From the UHGV virus genome UHGV-1637634: a DNA stretch of 14,525 nt. One strand, given 5' to 3'. Positions 1 to 8,324 of this stretch are shown piece by piece. The notes under the pieces are model-generated. The model saw nothing but the letters and a program-made list of their open reading frames with translations. It ran no database searches and was not told the DNA's origin. This DNA is from a virus. The translations under genes were made by a program, and so were the position numbers. Position 1 is the stretch's first letter; every line of letters begins with the position of its first letter.

Positions 1-2
1 AT

Positions 3-926
3 GATTTTTGCGCCTTTATTCTGACTCACGGGCGACCGGACAAAGTTCTGACTTACCGAACGTTGCGTCGTGCTGGCTATACCGGGAAAATTTTTATCGT
101 TGTTGATGATGAAGATAAGACACGGCATCAGTACATGGCTGAATTTGGTGAACAGGTGCTGGTGTTTTCCAAAACCGATATCGCCAGTCGTTTTGACGAA
201 GCCGATAATTTCTGTGACCGCCGCTCAATTTTTTACGCCCGTAATGCCTGTTTCGACCTGGCAAAACTGGTCGGGTGTAAATACTTCATTCAGCTCGATG
301 ATGATTATCACGAGTTCCAGTTTCGGGTGGATCGCAACTATGACCAGGCCTATTTTCCGATAAGGAAACTGGATGCGATCCTTTCTGAAATGCTGGCGTA
401 CTACGAATCAATACCTGCTCTTTCCATCGCTATGTCGCAGGGCGGGGATTTTCTTGGTGACAATGGCGGCCATGCTTCGTGGGTGAAACGCAAGGCAATG
501 AACAGCTTTATCTGTTCGGTTGATCGACCGTTCTCATTCATGGGGCGCATTAACGAGGATGTGAATACGTACACGAATCTCGGTCGCTGTGGTGAATTGT
601 TTATGACGATCGGTGCTGTCCAGTTAGGGCAGAAACAGACGCAGAAAAACAGCGGCGGAATGACCGAGCTGTATCTGGATTCCGGAACCTACGTTAAAAG
701 TTTTTACTCCGTCATGTATGCGCCGTCGTGCGTAAAAATTTCACTGATGGGTGCCAGCCATAAACGCATTCACCATCAGGTCACCTGGAACAACGCTGCA
801 GTAAAAATCCTTCACGAAAAATACAGGAAGAAGACACCCTGCATATCAATGGGGGTGACAAATGATTCCGTATTCGAAAGTCGAGTCTCTGGCAGCGTGC
901 CGGATGACTGCACAACAAATCGCTGA
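3..926 (+). CDS. hypothetical protein, 5'-truncated at window edge; possible GT-A-fold glycosyltransferase
   Basis: Frame is open from position 3 to the TGA at 924-926 with no convincing start or RBS inside the window (the track's start at 63 is a TTG with no SD), so the gene begins upstream. Translation shows FILTHGRP...KIFIVVDDEDKT, then IQLDDDY (DxD-like) about 70 aa later, then GRINEDVNTYTNLGRCG. This pattern resembles nucleotide-sugar GT-A (family 2-like) transferases. Functional call is from motif pattern only. Confidence 0.45.
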   Translation, partial: DFCAFILTHGRPDKVLTYRTLRRAGYTGKIFIVVDDEDKTRHQYMAEFGEQVLVFSKTDIASRFDEADNFCDRRSIFYARNACFDLAKLVGCKYFIQLDDDYHEFQFRVDRNYDQAYFPIRKLDAILSEMLAYYESIPALSIAMSQGGDFLGDNGGHASWVKRKAMNSFICSVDRPFSFMGRINEDVNTYTNLGRCGELFMTIGAVQLGQKQTQKNSGGMTELYLDSGTYVKSFYSVMYAPSCVKISLMGASHKRIHHQVTWNNAAVKILHEKYRKKTPCISMGVTNDSVFESRVSGSVPDDCTTNR

Positions 927-1113
927 CGTTCTGGATGTTGATCTGAACCGACTGAAAGAAAATCGGGAAGCAATGACAGATTTTTATGCGGCCATCCGTA
1001 AGGGCAGAGCGAAAGGTGAAGCCGAGTTACGAGCGGCATTGTTTAAGCTTGCCAGAAAAGGGGATGCCTTTGCTCTGCGCGAACTACTCAGGGTGGATAA
1101 AAATCAGGACTAA
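862..1113 (+). CDS. small hypothetical protein, putative helix-turn-helix DNA-binding protein
   Basis: 83-codon ORF ending 4 nt before the terminase small subunit start. GGGGGT at 851-856 lies 5 nt upstream of ATG 862; an alternative ATG at 904 (MTAQQIADVL...) lacks an obvious SD. Basic/alanine-rich helical sequence (AAIRKGRAKGEAELRAALFKLARKGD). Overlaps the 3' end of the upstream gene in another frame. Function unverified. Confidence 0.4.
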   Translation: MIPYSKVESLAACRMTAQQIADVLDVDLNRLKENREAMTDFYAAIRKGRAKGEAELRAALFKLARKGDAFALRELLRVDKNQD

Positions 1114-1116
1114 CTG

Positions 1117-2211
1117 ATGAGCAGACCGGACTGGGGGGCGTTGCAGCAGGAGTATATTGCTGAATACACCCGCTCCGGTATATCTCCGGTGGCATGGTGT
1201 GAAGCAAGGGGACTGAATTACGCAACAGCCCGTCGTTACATCAAAAAAACTCCGAAAAATGCGCAGACAGAAATGCGCAAAACTGCGCAAAAAAGTGCGC
1301 AGAAAAAATCTGCGCAGACTGCACAAAAGCGGAACGAAAAATCTCAGGAAAAAAAGCCAGTATTCGATGCGGGCCTGAATGAGGGCGACGCGGAGGAATT
1401 TTCGTTCTGTCCCGATGAATTCGGCATTTCTGACCAGCAGGCTAAGTTTGCGATGCTTGTTGCTCAGGGTAAAAAGCCGACAGAGGCGTACCGACTAGCC
1501 GGTTATGAGGGGCAAGGTGCGACAGCTAACAGCAACGCCAGTCGTATGCTTAGAAATGCCAGGGTTTATCGTGCTATCAGCTACTTCCGCAATCAGTACC
1601 AGAAACGCTATACCGCAGACCTGGATTTACTGGTGAGCCAGTTGATGGCCATTGTCCAGGCCGACCCCAATCAGTTGGCACAATTTCGCCGTGTTAACTG
1701 CCGTTATTGCTGGGGCGAGAATCATCTCTACCAGTGGCGTGATATTGCAGAATTCGATAAGGCTGCGGCACAGGCCTCCAGAGATGGTAAACCCGAGCCG
1801 GAATATGGAGGCCTCGGCTTTGTTGATAACGCCATACCCAATCCGGATTGCCCGAAGTGCTGCGGTGAGGGAACGGGACAGCTTTATATGGCTGATACCA
1901 CACTGCTTGATGGGGATGCGCGGCAATTATATGCAGGGTCAAAGCTCGGAAAATACGGTGTTGAGATCCTGCTGGAGGATAAGGCTGCCGCCCGGCGTGA
2001 ATTGTTGCGTTTGTTTTCTGCTGGCGGGGCTTTATGTGCAGATAAGCGGCTACAGGAACTGGAAATTGAACGGCGCAGAATGGAAAACCAGAAGCTGCGC
2101 AAAGAGATCGAAACGGTGGAAGATAATGAACATCCCCAGCCTGTGGCGATCAATATTAATGTGGTTGATGCCAGAGTAAGGAGTGATGAAGATGATCTCT
2201 CCGACGCTTAA
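1117..2211 (+). CDS. terminase small subunit (unusually long, multi-domain)
   Basis: 364 aa, immediately upstream of and overlapping the terminase large subunit gene. Central segment ISDQQAKFAMLVAQGKKPTEAYRLAGYEG...ANSNASRMLRNARVYRAI matches the helix-turn-helix signature of phage small terminases of the SPP1 G1P type. Also has an N-terminal HTH-like segment, a K/Q/A-rich linker, a cysteine cluster (CRYC...CPKCC) and a C-terminal coiled coil with acidic tail. Confidence 0.7.
   Translation: MSRPDWGALQQEYIAEYTRSGISPVAWCEARGLNYATARRYIKKTPKNAQTEMRKTAQKSAQKKSAQTAQKRNEKSQEKKPVFDAGLNEGDAEEFSFCPDEFGISDQQAKFAMLVAQGKKPTEAYRLAGYEGQGATANSNASRMLRNARVYRAISYFRNQYQKRYTADLDLLVSQLMAIVQADPNQLAQFRRVNCRYCWGENHLYQWRDIAEFDKAAAQASRDGKPEPEYGGLGFVDNAIPNPDCPKCCGEGTGQLYMADTTLLDGDARQLYAGSKLGKYGVEILLEDKAAARRELLRLFSAGGALCADKRLQELEIERRRMENQKLRKEIETVEDNEHPQPVAININVVDARVRSDEDDLSDA
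1242..1356 (+). repeat. phased direct repeats inside the terminase small subunit gene: five TGCGCA cores alternating with A-tracts; candidate pac/terminase recognition region
   Basis: TGCGCA occurs at 1260, 1274, 1284, 1296 and 1311 (spacings 14, 10, 12, 15 bp), each followed by an A-rich run, with a TGCACA variant at 1319. Runs of four or more A recur at roughly one helical turn from about 1242 to 1356. The segment encodes the AQK/AQT-rich linker of the protein. Confidence 0.5.
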
Positions 2212-3493
2212 TGTGCCTCAGGCGCGATTTCTTTCAATGCCCCATAAATTTAAAGCCTATATTGCTGGTTTTGGCTCGGGCAAAACATGGGTTGGGTGTG
2301 GCGGCATATGCAAGGGGATTTGGGAGCATCCAGGTATAAATCAGGGATATTTTGCGCCAACGTATCCCCAAATTCGCGATATTTTTTACCCTACAGTGGA
2401 AGAAGTTGCTGCTGACTGGGGATTGAACGTAAAAATTAATGAGGGAAATAAAGAGGTTCACTTTTATTACGGACGCCAGTATCGGGGAACCACTATCTGC
2501 AGATCGATGGAGAAGCCACAAACGATCGTCGGTTTCAAAATTGGTAATGCGTTGGTGGATGAACTGGACATTTTGCCGAAGGAAAAAGCCAGAACGGCGT
2601 GGCGCAAGATAATTGCACGTATGCGTTATAAGATTGATGGACTTCGCAACGGTATTGACGTTACAACCACGCCGGAAGGATTCAAATTTGTCTACGAGCA
2701 GTTTGTTAAAGCCGTGCGTGAAAAAACAGAGCTGGCCTCACTGTATGGTCTGGTGCAGGCATCTACTTTCGATAATGAAAAGAACCTGCCAGCAGATTAC
2801 ATTCCTTCGCTTCTTGAATCATACCCTCCAGAGCTGATTAAAGCCTATCTTCGAGGACAGTTTACTAACCTGACAAGTGGTACTGTTTACCATCAGTTTG
2901 ACCGGAAACTGAATAATTGCGAAGAAGTGGAGCAGCCAGGGGAGCCGATTTATATTGGGATGGATTTTAACGTTGGAAAGATGGCGGGAATCGTCCATGT
3001 GCTGCGTTTGGGGCTTCCATGTGCGGTAACTGAAATCATCAATGCCTACGATACGCCGGATATGATCCGCATCATTAAAGAACGCTTCTGGCTGTATGAT
3101 GGGAATGATTACCGGAAAGTGAGGGAAATTTATATTTATCCAGATGCTTCCGGGGATTCCAGAAAATCAAGTAACGCAAGTACGACGGATATAGCCCAGC
3201 TTAAGCAGGCTGGTTTTAACGTTGTGGTGAACAGCTCGAACCCGCCAGTAAAAGATCGCGTTAACTCAATGAATGCAATGTTCTGCAATGCCAATGGTGA
3301 GCGTCGCTATAAAGTTAATGTGAAGCGTTGCCCGTTATATGCCGAATCTCTGGAGCAACAGGTCTGGGATGAGAAGGGGGAGCCTGATAAAAAATCTGGC
3401 AATGATCACCCGAATGATGCCGGAGGTTATTTCATCGTTAAGCAATTCCCTATTGTCAAACCGACCGGAAGAGTCACATCACTTCGGATTTAA
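2192..3493 (+). CDS. terminase large subunit
   Basis: Walker A-like motif GFGSGKT near the N-terminus; about 433 aa; follows the small subunit gene with overlap. AAGGAG at 2178-2183 is 8 nt upstream of ATG 2192; alternative in-frame starts are GTG 2183 and ATG 2186. Stop TAA at 3491-3493. Confidence 0.85.
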   Translation: MISPTLNVPQARFLSMPHKFKAYIAGFGSGKTWVGCGGICKGIWEHPGINQGYFAPTYPQIRDIFYPTVEEVAADWGLNVKINEGNKEVHFYYGRQYRGTTICRSMEKPQTIVGFKIGNALVDELDILPKEKARTAWRKIIARMRYKIDGLRNGIDVTTTPEGFKFVYEQFVKAVREKTELASLYGLVQASTFDNEKNLPADYIPSLLESYPPELIKAYLRGQFTNLTSGTVYHQFDRKLNNCEEVEQPGEPIYIGMDFNVGKMAGIVHVLRLGLPCAVTEIINAYDTPDMIRIIKERFWLYDGNDYRKVREIYIYPDASGDSRKSSNASTTDIAQLKQAGFNVVVNSSNPPVKDRVNSMNAMFCNANGERRYKVNVKRCPLYAESLEQQVWDEKGEPDKKSGNDHPNDAGGYFIVKQFPIVKPTGRVTSLRI

Positions 3494-3495
3494 TT

Positions 3496-4902
3496 ATGGC
3501 TGATATATCAACACCCAACCTCGACTATAACGATATGCTGGAGGCGTGGGATATTAACGACGCACTGATGGGCGGTACGCTTGAAATGCGCAGGCAGGGG
3601 GAAAATTATCTCCCAAAATGGCCTAACGAAGATGAAGACGCTTATAAAAAACGCCTGTCTGTGGCTACGCTACTTCCTGTGTATGAAGAAAGCATCAAGC
3701 AAAATATTGGGCGCATATTTGCAGAGCCGACAGTATTGAGTGAGGAAACGCCGGCAAAAATCAGGGAATATGCAGAAAATATCGACATGGAGGGGAGCCG
3801 ACTGGATGTGTGGGCGCAGCAATTTTTCAGCCTCGCATTTCAGTATGGTGTGGCACATGCGCTGGTGGACTATCCACGAACGGATATGAAAGAGATTCGG
3901 ACAAAAGCCGATGAAAACGCGACCGGTGGTCGTCCGTACGTTACGATGCTGAATCCACGCCAGGTTATTGGATGGAAATCGAAAGTTGAAAAAGGGAAAG
4001 TTGTTCTCACTGATTTGCGTATAAAAGAGGTCATCATTATTGATGGTGATGATTTCGGGCAGAAGAAGGTGGAGCAGATCCGCCATATTATGCCCCGTCG
4101 AGTTGAAATTTATCGACGTAGCGAAGGCACTAATGGCGAATCTGTCTGGACGCTTCATGAGTCATGGAATACCAGCCGTGATGATATTCCTCTGGTAACA
4201 CTGTACACGAAGAAAACAGGATTTATGCGTGGTACACCGCCATTGCTTAATCTTGGCTTGCTGAATATCAAGCACTGGCAAAGCCAGAGCGAGCAGGACA
4301 ATATTCTTCATGTTGCCCGCGTTCCATTGCTGGTGGCCTACGGGCTGGACAGGAATGAAGAACTGACGGTTGGTGCATCCACCGCTACGATTTTTGAGGA
4401 CAGAACAAAAAATGGCCTCGAATATGTTGAACATAGTGGCGCAGCGATAGAATCTGGCGAAACATCACTTGAGAAGCTGGAAAATCAGATGCGTCATGCC
4501 GGCGCTAAACTTCTGCGTGCTGAAAATACATCCACCAAATCTGTTGATCAGACTAATGAAGAGCGAATGCAGGAAAACTCGCCGCTTTATACAATGGCGA
4601 ACTCCCTCGAAGATGCCCTCGATAATATTCTCCAGATAATGGCGGAATGGATCGGAGAGAGTTGCGGTGGCAATGTGGATGTGCGCACTGAACTGGATGT
4701 ATCTGCCCAGGTGTTTGACTCATCCTCCGCGCTGGCTGTTCAGTCATTGCGTCAGGGCGGTGATATACGTCAGATTGATGCGGTTCGGGTGTTGCAGGCG
4801 TTGAAATTTATCGATCAGGATTCCCGTCCAGAGGAAGTGATCGATGAATTAAAAAATCAGAGTGTAATGCTGATGGAAATCAATGATGCAAACCGTGAAT
4901 GA
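3496..4902 (+). CDS. portal protein
   Basis: 468 aa ORF starting 2 nt after the terminase large subunit stop (translational coupling) and followed by a Mu F-like gene. Size and position are those of a portal gene. Assigned mainly by synteny. Confidence 0.7.
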   Translation: MADISTPNLDYNDMLEAWDINDALMGGTLEMRRQGENYLPKWPNEDEDAYKKRLSVATLLPVYEESIKQNIGRIFAEPTVLSEETPAKIREYAENIDMEGSRLDVWAQQFFSLAFQYGVAHALVDYPRTDMKEIRTKADENATGGRPYVTMLNPRQVIGWKSKVEKGKVVLTDLRIKEVIIIDGDDFGQKKVEQIRHIMPRRVEIYRRSEGTNGESVWTLHESWNTSRDDIPLVTLYTKKTGFMRGTPPLLNLGLLNIKHWQSQSEQDNILHVARVPLLVAYGLDRNEELTVGASTATIFEDRTKNGLEYVEHSGAAIESGETSLEKLENQMRHAGAKLLRAENTSTKSVDQTNEERMQENSPLYTMANSLEDALDNILQIMAEWIGESCGGNVDVRTELDVSAQVFDSSSALAVQSLRQGGDIRQIDAVRVLQALKFIDQDSRPEEVIDELKNQSVMLMEINDANRE

Positions 4903-5998
4903 ACGGCTGCGTGATGAATCAATTGCTCATGCAGTCTGGATATCCCGCTATAGCACTGGCGTGGCTGCCAGAATGGTGAAAATACTGAATGACAGCGATG
5001 CGGAACTTACTGCTCGCCTGCTGATAGCACTGGACAGCCTCGATCCAGGTAGTTTTACCGTTAAGCGCCTGGAGTCACTTCTGGCGAGCGTCAGAGAGGT
5101 TAACCGCACTGCTATTAACAGCATGTTTACCAGTCTCTCCGGAGAGCTGAACGAGCTGGCAATTTATGAGGCTGGTTATCAGTTAAGTCTGTTTGATTCT
5201 ATGCTACCTGATTTTGTTGCTGATGTTCACCCTCTGGTTGGTATCTCTCCTGATGCACTTTATGCCGCTGCAATGGCGCGACCATTCCAGGGACGACTGC
5301 TCAGTGAGTGGGCCTCAGATCTTGAGGCGGATCGGCTCAGACGCATAACAAATACAGTGCGTCAGGGTTTTTTGCTGGGGGATACCAATGAGCAGATCGC
5401 AAGAAAAATTCGGGGACATGTCAGTAAGGGATTTCAGGATGGTGCATTGCAGATGAGCCGGGCTAATGCGGCCAGCATTGCAAAAACAGCGGTTGGACAT
5501 CTTGCTGCTACTGCCCGTGAGAGTTTTGCCAGCGCGAATAATGATTTGATTAAGGGTAAGCAATGGTTATCAACGCTTGATAATCGTACTACGCCACAAT
5601 GTCGAATCAGGGATCGCCTCAAATATACGCTGAATAATAAACCTGTAGGTCACAGCGTGCCTTATTTGCAGGGGCCGGGAAAAATTCATTTCTGCTGCCG
5701 CTCAACGGAAACGTTCATTCTGAAATCAGCGAAGGAACTGGGTATTGATGTTCGCGATATTTCCCCGGCTGAGCGGGCCAGCATGGATGGCGTGGTGGCC
5801 GGAGATACAACCTACAGGGAATGGTTTTTGCGTCAGCCTTACACCAGACAAAAACAGATTGTGGGGGAAACCCGAGCAAAGCTGATTCGGGATGGTGGTA
5901 TGTCGCCAGATGAATTTTACACCGATAAAGGCGAATGGCTGACGCTGAAGCAGCTCCGTGAGCGTGATGCACAGGTATTCAGAAAAGCAGGGATTTAA
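4883..5998 (+). CDS. head morphogenesis / minor head protein (phage Mu F-like, SPP1 gp7-like)
   Basis: 371 aa; overlaps the portal gene 3' end by 20 nt. C-terminal region contains WLSTLDNRTTPQCRIRDRLKY...KPVGHSVPYLQGPGKIHFCCRST, matching the conserved Mu F-family core (W..DsRtRp.H...G ... CRC-like motif). Confidence 0.75.
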   Translation: MMQTVNERLRDESIAHAVWISRYSTGVAARMVKILNDSDAELTARLLIALDSLDPGSFTVKRLESLLASVREVNRTAINSMFTSLSGELNELAIYEAGYQLSLFDSMLPDFVADVHPLVGISPDALYAAAMARPFQGRLLSEWASDLEADRLRRITNTVRQGFLLGDTNEQIARKIRGHVSKGFQDGALQMSRANAASIAKTAVGHLAATARESFASANNDLIKGKQWLSTLDNRTTPQCRIRDRLKYTLNNKPVGHSVPYLQGPGKIHFCCRSTETFILKSAKELGIDVRDISPAERASMDGVVAGDTTYREWFLRQPYTRQKQIVGETRAKLIRDGGMSPDEFYTDKGEWLTLKQLRERDAQVFRKAGI

Positions 5999-6017
5999 AT
6001 AAATCATTTATTACAAC

Positions 6018-6045
6018 AGGCTACCTTCGGGTGGCCTTTTTTATT
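6018..6045 (+). terminator. putative intrinsic terminator
   Basis: AGGCUACC-UUCG-GGUGGCCU hairpin (8-bp stem with one G-U pair, UUCG tetraloop) at 6018-6037, followed by UUUUUUAUU. Lies 20 nt after the Mu F-like gene stop. Confidence 0.5.
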
Positions 6046-6102
6046 GCTGCGATCCGGATGGTGAGCAGCGTAACTGTCGGAAGACTTAAACCAGGTACTA
6101 AT

Positions 6103-6867
6103 ATGAAACTGAAAACGGTCGAGATTAACGGAAAACAATACGCAGAAATTGATACTGCTGGCCTGCCAGTTTATGTGCACGACGATGGTAAAGAAATTGG
6201 CTTCGATGCACCGCTGGCGACAAAAAAAATTACAGAGCTTAATGGCGAGGCAAAAAATCATCGCCTGGCTAAAGAAGCTGCAGAGGAAAAACTGGCTAAG
6301 TTTGCCGCTATCGAAGACCCGAAGAAGGCGATCGAGGCACTGGAAATGCTGTCAAAAATCGACCAGAAAAAGCTGCTCGATGCGGGACAGGTTGACCAGG
6401 TTAAGGCAGAAATTACGAAAAATTTTCAGCAGCAATTAGATGAAGAAAAGCAACGCTCTCAGATGCTGGAGAAGCAGCTTTACGATTCTATGATTGGCGG
6501 TAGTTTTGCGGGTTCAAAATATATTGCCGATAAAATTGCGATCCCGGCAGATTTATTACAAGCCCGCTTCGGGCAGGCATTCAAAGTGGAAGAAGGGAGG
6601 ATCGTTGCTTATGACGCTTCCGGCAACAAAATTTATTCCCGCGCGAAGCCTGGCGAACTGGCGCAGTTTGATGAGGCGCTGGAGTTCCTTGTCGAAAATT
6701 ACCCTCAGAAAGACTACATCCTGAAAGCCAGTGGCAACAATGGCGGCGGCTCCCGTCCGACACAGCATGATATTGGTCAGAAAACGATGAAACGCTCTGC
6801 TTTTGATGCACTGGATGTTGCAGGTAAGCAAAACGCATTGAAAGACGGTATCACAATCGTTGATTAA
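6103..6867 (+). CDS. putative capsid scaffolding protein
   Basis: ATG at 6103 (MKLKTVEINGKQ...) is preferred over the track's GTG at 6031, which lies inside the terminator hairpin. 254 aa with a charged, helical, coiled-coil-like middle region. Sits between the Mu F-like gene and the capsid gene. Assigned by position and composition. Confidence 0.55.
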   Translation: MKLKTVEINGKQYAEIDTAGLPVYVHDDGKEIGFDAPLATKKITELNGEAKNHRLAKEAAEEKLAKFAAIEDPKKAIEALEMLSKIDQKKLLDAGQVDQVKAEITKNFQQQLDEEKQRSQMLEKQLYDSMIGGSFAGSKYIADKIAIPADLLQARFGQAFKVEEGRIVAYDASGNKIYSRAKPGELAQFDEALEFLVENYPQKDYILKASGNNGGGSRPTQHDIGQKTMKRSAFDALDVAGKQNALKDGITIVD

Positions 6868-6965
6868 CACATTTGTCAGCTTCCGGATGGGAGCTGGTGT
6901 CAGGGCTGGATAGCTCATTACTCCATCTATTCACAATTACGCAAATTTTTAAGGAATATTTAATT

Positions 6966-8105
6966 ATGGCTGGAAATACCCTGACCGGGTTGATCCCGAC
7001 TATTTATACCGCCCTGGATGTTGTATCCCGTGAGCAGGTAGGTTTTATCCCTGCGGTAGCAAAAAACGCAAAAGCTGACGCCGCAGCAAAAGATCAGACG
7101 GTAACCGCGCCAGTTGCGCCTGAGGCGAAAACCGAAGATATCGTACCGGGGCCGTCAGCTCCGAATACCGGTGATCAAAATATTGGCACTGTTGATGTAA
7201 AAATTACTAAATCCAAAATGGCACCGGTTAAATGGAATGGTGAAGAACAACTGGCTCTTGGCCCTTCAGGGACTTACAACACCATTCTGGCTGATCAGTT
7301 CAAGCAGGCTTTTCGCGCCCTTGCAAACGAGGTTGAGGCTGATCTTGGTGCGTTGTATTTCGGTGCTTCCCGCGCCGTGGGAACCGCAGGGACAACGCCG
7401 TTTGGTGTTAAAGATGATCTTTCTGATGCTGCTCTGGCTCGTCAGGTTCTGGAGGATAACGGCGCACCGACAACCGATCTGCAGATGGTGCTTGGCTCCA
7501 CTGCCATTGCTAATTTGCGCGGAAAACAGTCTGTATTGTTTAAAGTGAATGAATCCGGCACTGAACAGCTACTGCGTGAGGGCGTGTTGGGGCGTCTGGA
7601 GGGATTCAATATTCACAGTTCGGCAGGTGTGAAACGAGCGCCAAAGGTTGCTGCAACTGGTTATCTCGTGAATGGAGAGAAAAAAGAAGGCGATGTTCTT
7701 ATTTCCATTGATACTGGTTCGGGGAGTATTTCTGCAGGTCAGATTGTTACGTTCGCTGGTGATCCGAATCAGTATGTTGTGGCAGCAGCGACCAGCAATC
7801 TGATTACTCTTGCAGCGCCCGGACTGCGTCAGGATCTGGCCGATGATACTGCCATCACAGTTGTTGGGGCCTTTACTGCAAATATGGCGTTTGATCGCAA
7901 CGCGTTTCTGCTGGCATCCCGTACTCCGGCAATGCCGGAAGGCGGCGATAATGCTGATGATGTAATGAATGTTACGGACCCGATTTCAGGGATTACGTTC
8001 CAGATTGCACTGTATCGTCAGTATCGCCAGGTGCGCTATGAAGTTGGACTGGCATGGGGTGTTTCATCAGTGAAGCCGGCACATGGTTGTCTGATTCTTG
8101 GTTAA
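6966..8105 (+). CDS. major capsid protein
   Basis: ATG 6966 is preceded by AAGGAA at 6951-6956; the track's upstream extension to 6873 has no RBS. 379 aa, located after the scaffold gene and followed by a strong terminator, as expected for a highly expressed coat gene. Assigned by synteny. Confidence 0.65.
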   Translation: MAGNTLTGLIPTIYTALDVVSREQVGFIPAVAKNAKADAAAKDQTVTAPVAPEAKTEDIVPGPSAPNTGDQNIGTVDVKITKSKMAPVKWNGEEQLALGPSGTYNTILADQFKQAFRALANEVEADLGALYFGASRAVGTAGTTPFGVKDDLSDAALARQVLEDNGAPTTDLQMVLGSTAIANLRGKQSVLFKVNESGTEQLLREGVLGRLEGFNIHSSAGVKRAPKVAATGYLVNGEKKEGDVLISIDTGSGSISAGQIVTFAGDPNQYVVAAATSNLITLAAPGLRQDLADDTAITVVGAFTANMAFDRNAFLLASRTPAMPEGGDNADDVMNVTDPISGITFQIALYRQYRQVRYEVGLAWGVSSVKPAHGCLILG

Positions 8106-8115
8106 ACATTCAAAC

Positions 8116-8138
8116 GGGGCTTCGGCCCCATTTTTAAT
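8116..8138 (+). terminator. putative intrinsic terminator downstream of major capsid gene
   Basis: GGGGC-UUCG-GCCCC hairpin at 8116-8129 followed by AUUUUUAAU; 11 nt after the capsid stop codon. Confidence 0.6.
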
Positions 8139-8147
8139 GGGGGGCAT

Positions 8148-8324
8148 ATGGCCGGATTAACTAAAGAGCAAAGAGCACAGCGTGAAGCCGCACAAAAAAC
8201 GCAAATTGAGTTAGTGGTTATGGTGACCGATTATCAGATGTTTCCCGGCGCACCAACTATCGCTAATGTTCATCCTGATGAAGTTGACAACTGGAAGGCT
8301 ATGGGCTGGAAAACTCAGGAGTAA
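8148..8324 (+). CDS. small hypothetical protein (58 aa), absent from the ORF track
   Basis: ATG 8148 to TAA 8322-8324, translation MAGLTKEQRAQREAAQKTQIELVVMVTDYQMFPGAPTIANVHPDEVDNWKAMGWKTQE. A G-run at 8139-8144 lies just upstream. It fills an otherwise non-coding gap between the capsid terminator and the next gene, whose ATG is 3 nt after its stop. Confidence 0.3.
   Translation: MAGLTKEQRAQREAAQKTQIELVVMVTDYQMFPGAPTIANVHPDEVDNWKAMGWKTQE

Noticed and set aside
1652-2179. Alternative-frame + strand ORFs nested in the terminase small subunit gene (1652-2179) and in other genes (70-363, 2613-2837, 6149-6439, 6494-6724, 7237-7548, 9210-9497, 14137-14352)
   Set aside because: They overlap well-supported genes out of frame, have low-complexity or hydrophobic translations, and lack RBS signals. 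Treated as spurious.
3670-4158. 162-aa minus-strand ORF inside the portal gene; similar antisense ORFs at 1627-1926, 1694-1942, 1884-2153, 2234-2521, 4162-4434, 5315-5563, 5726-6007, 6556-6918, 12294-12647 and 13348-13635
   Set aside because: Each is fully embedded antisense in a + strand gene that has strong motif or synteny support. None has a convincing RBS or recognisable motif, and they are the expected by-product of long sense ORFs.
6031-6102. Upstream GTG start extending the scaffold ORF to 6031
   Set aside because: This start lies inside the terminator hairpin and has no RBS; the ATG at 6103 begins a plausible N-terminus (MKLKTVEING...).
6877-6896. Short inverted repeat CAGCT-N10-AGCTG between the scaffold and capsid genes
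   Set aside because: Only a 5-bp stem with a 10-nt loop and no U-tract; too weak to call as terminator or regulatory site.
6873-6965. Upstream extension of the capsid ORF from 6873
   Set aside because: No RBS at 6873, whereas AAGGAA precedes ATG 6966. The extension is probably just open frame in the intergenic spacer.
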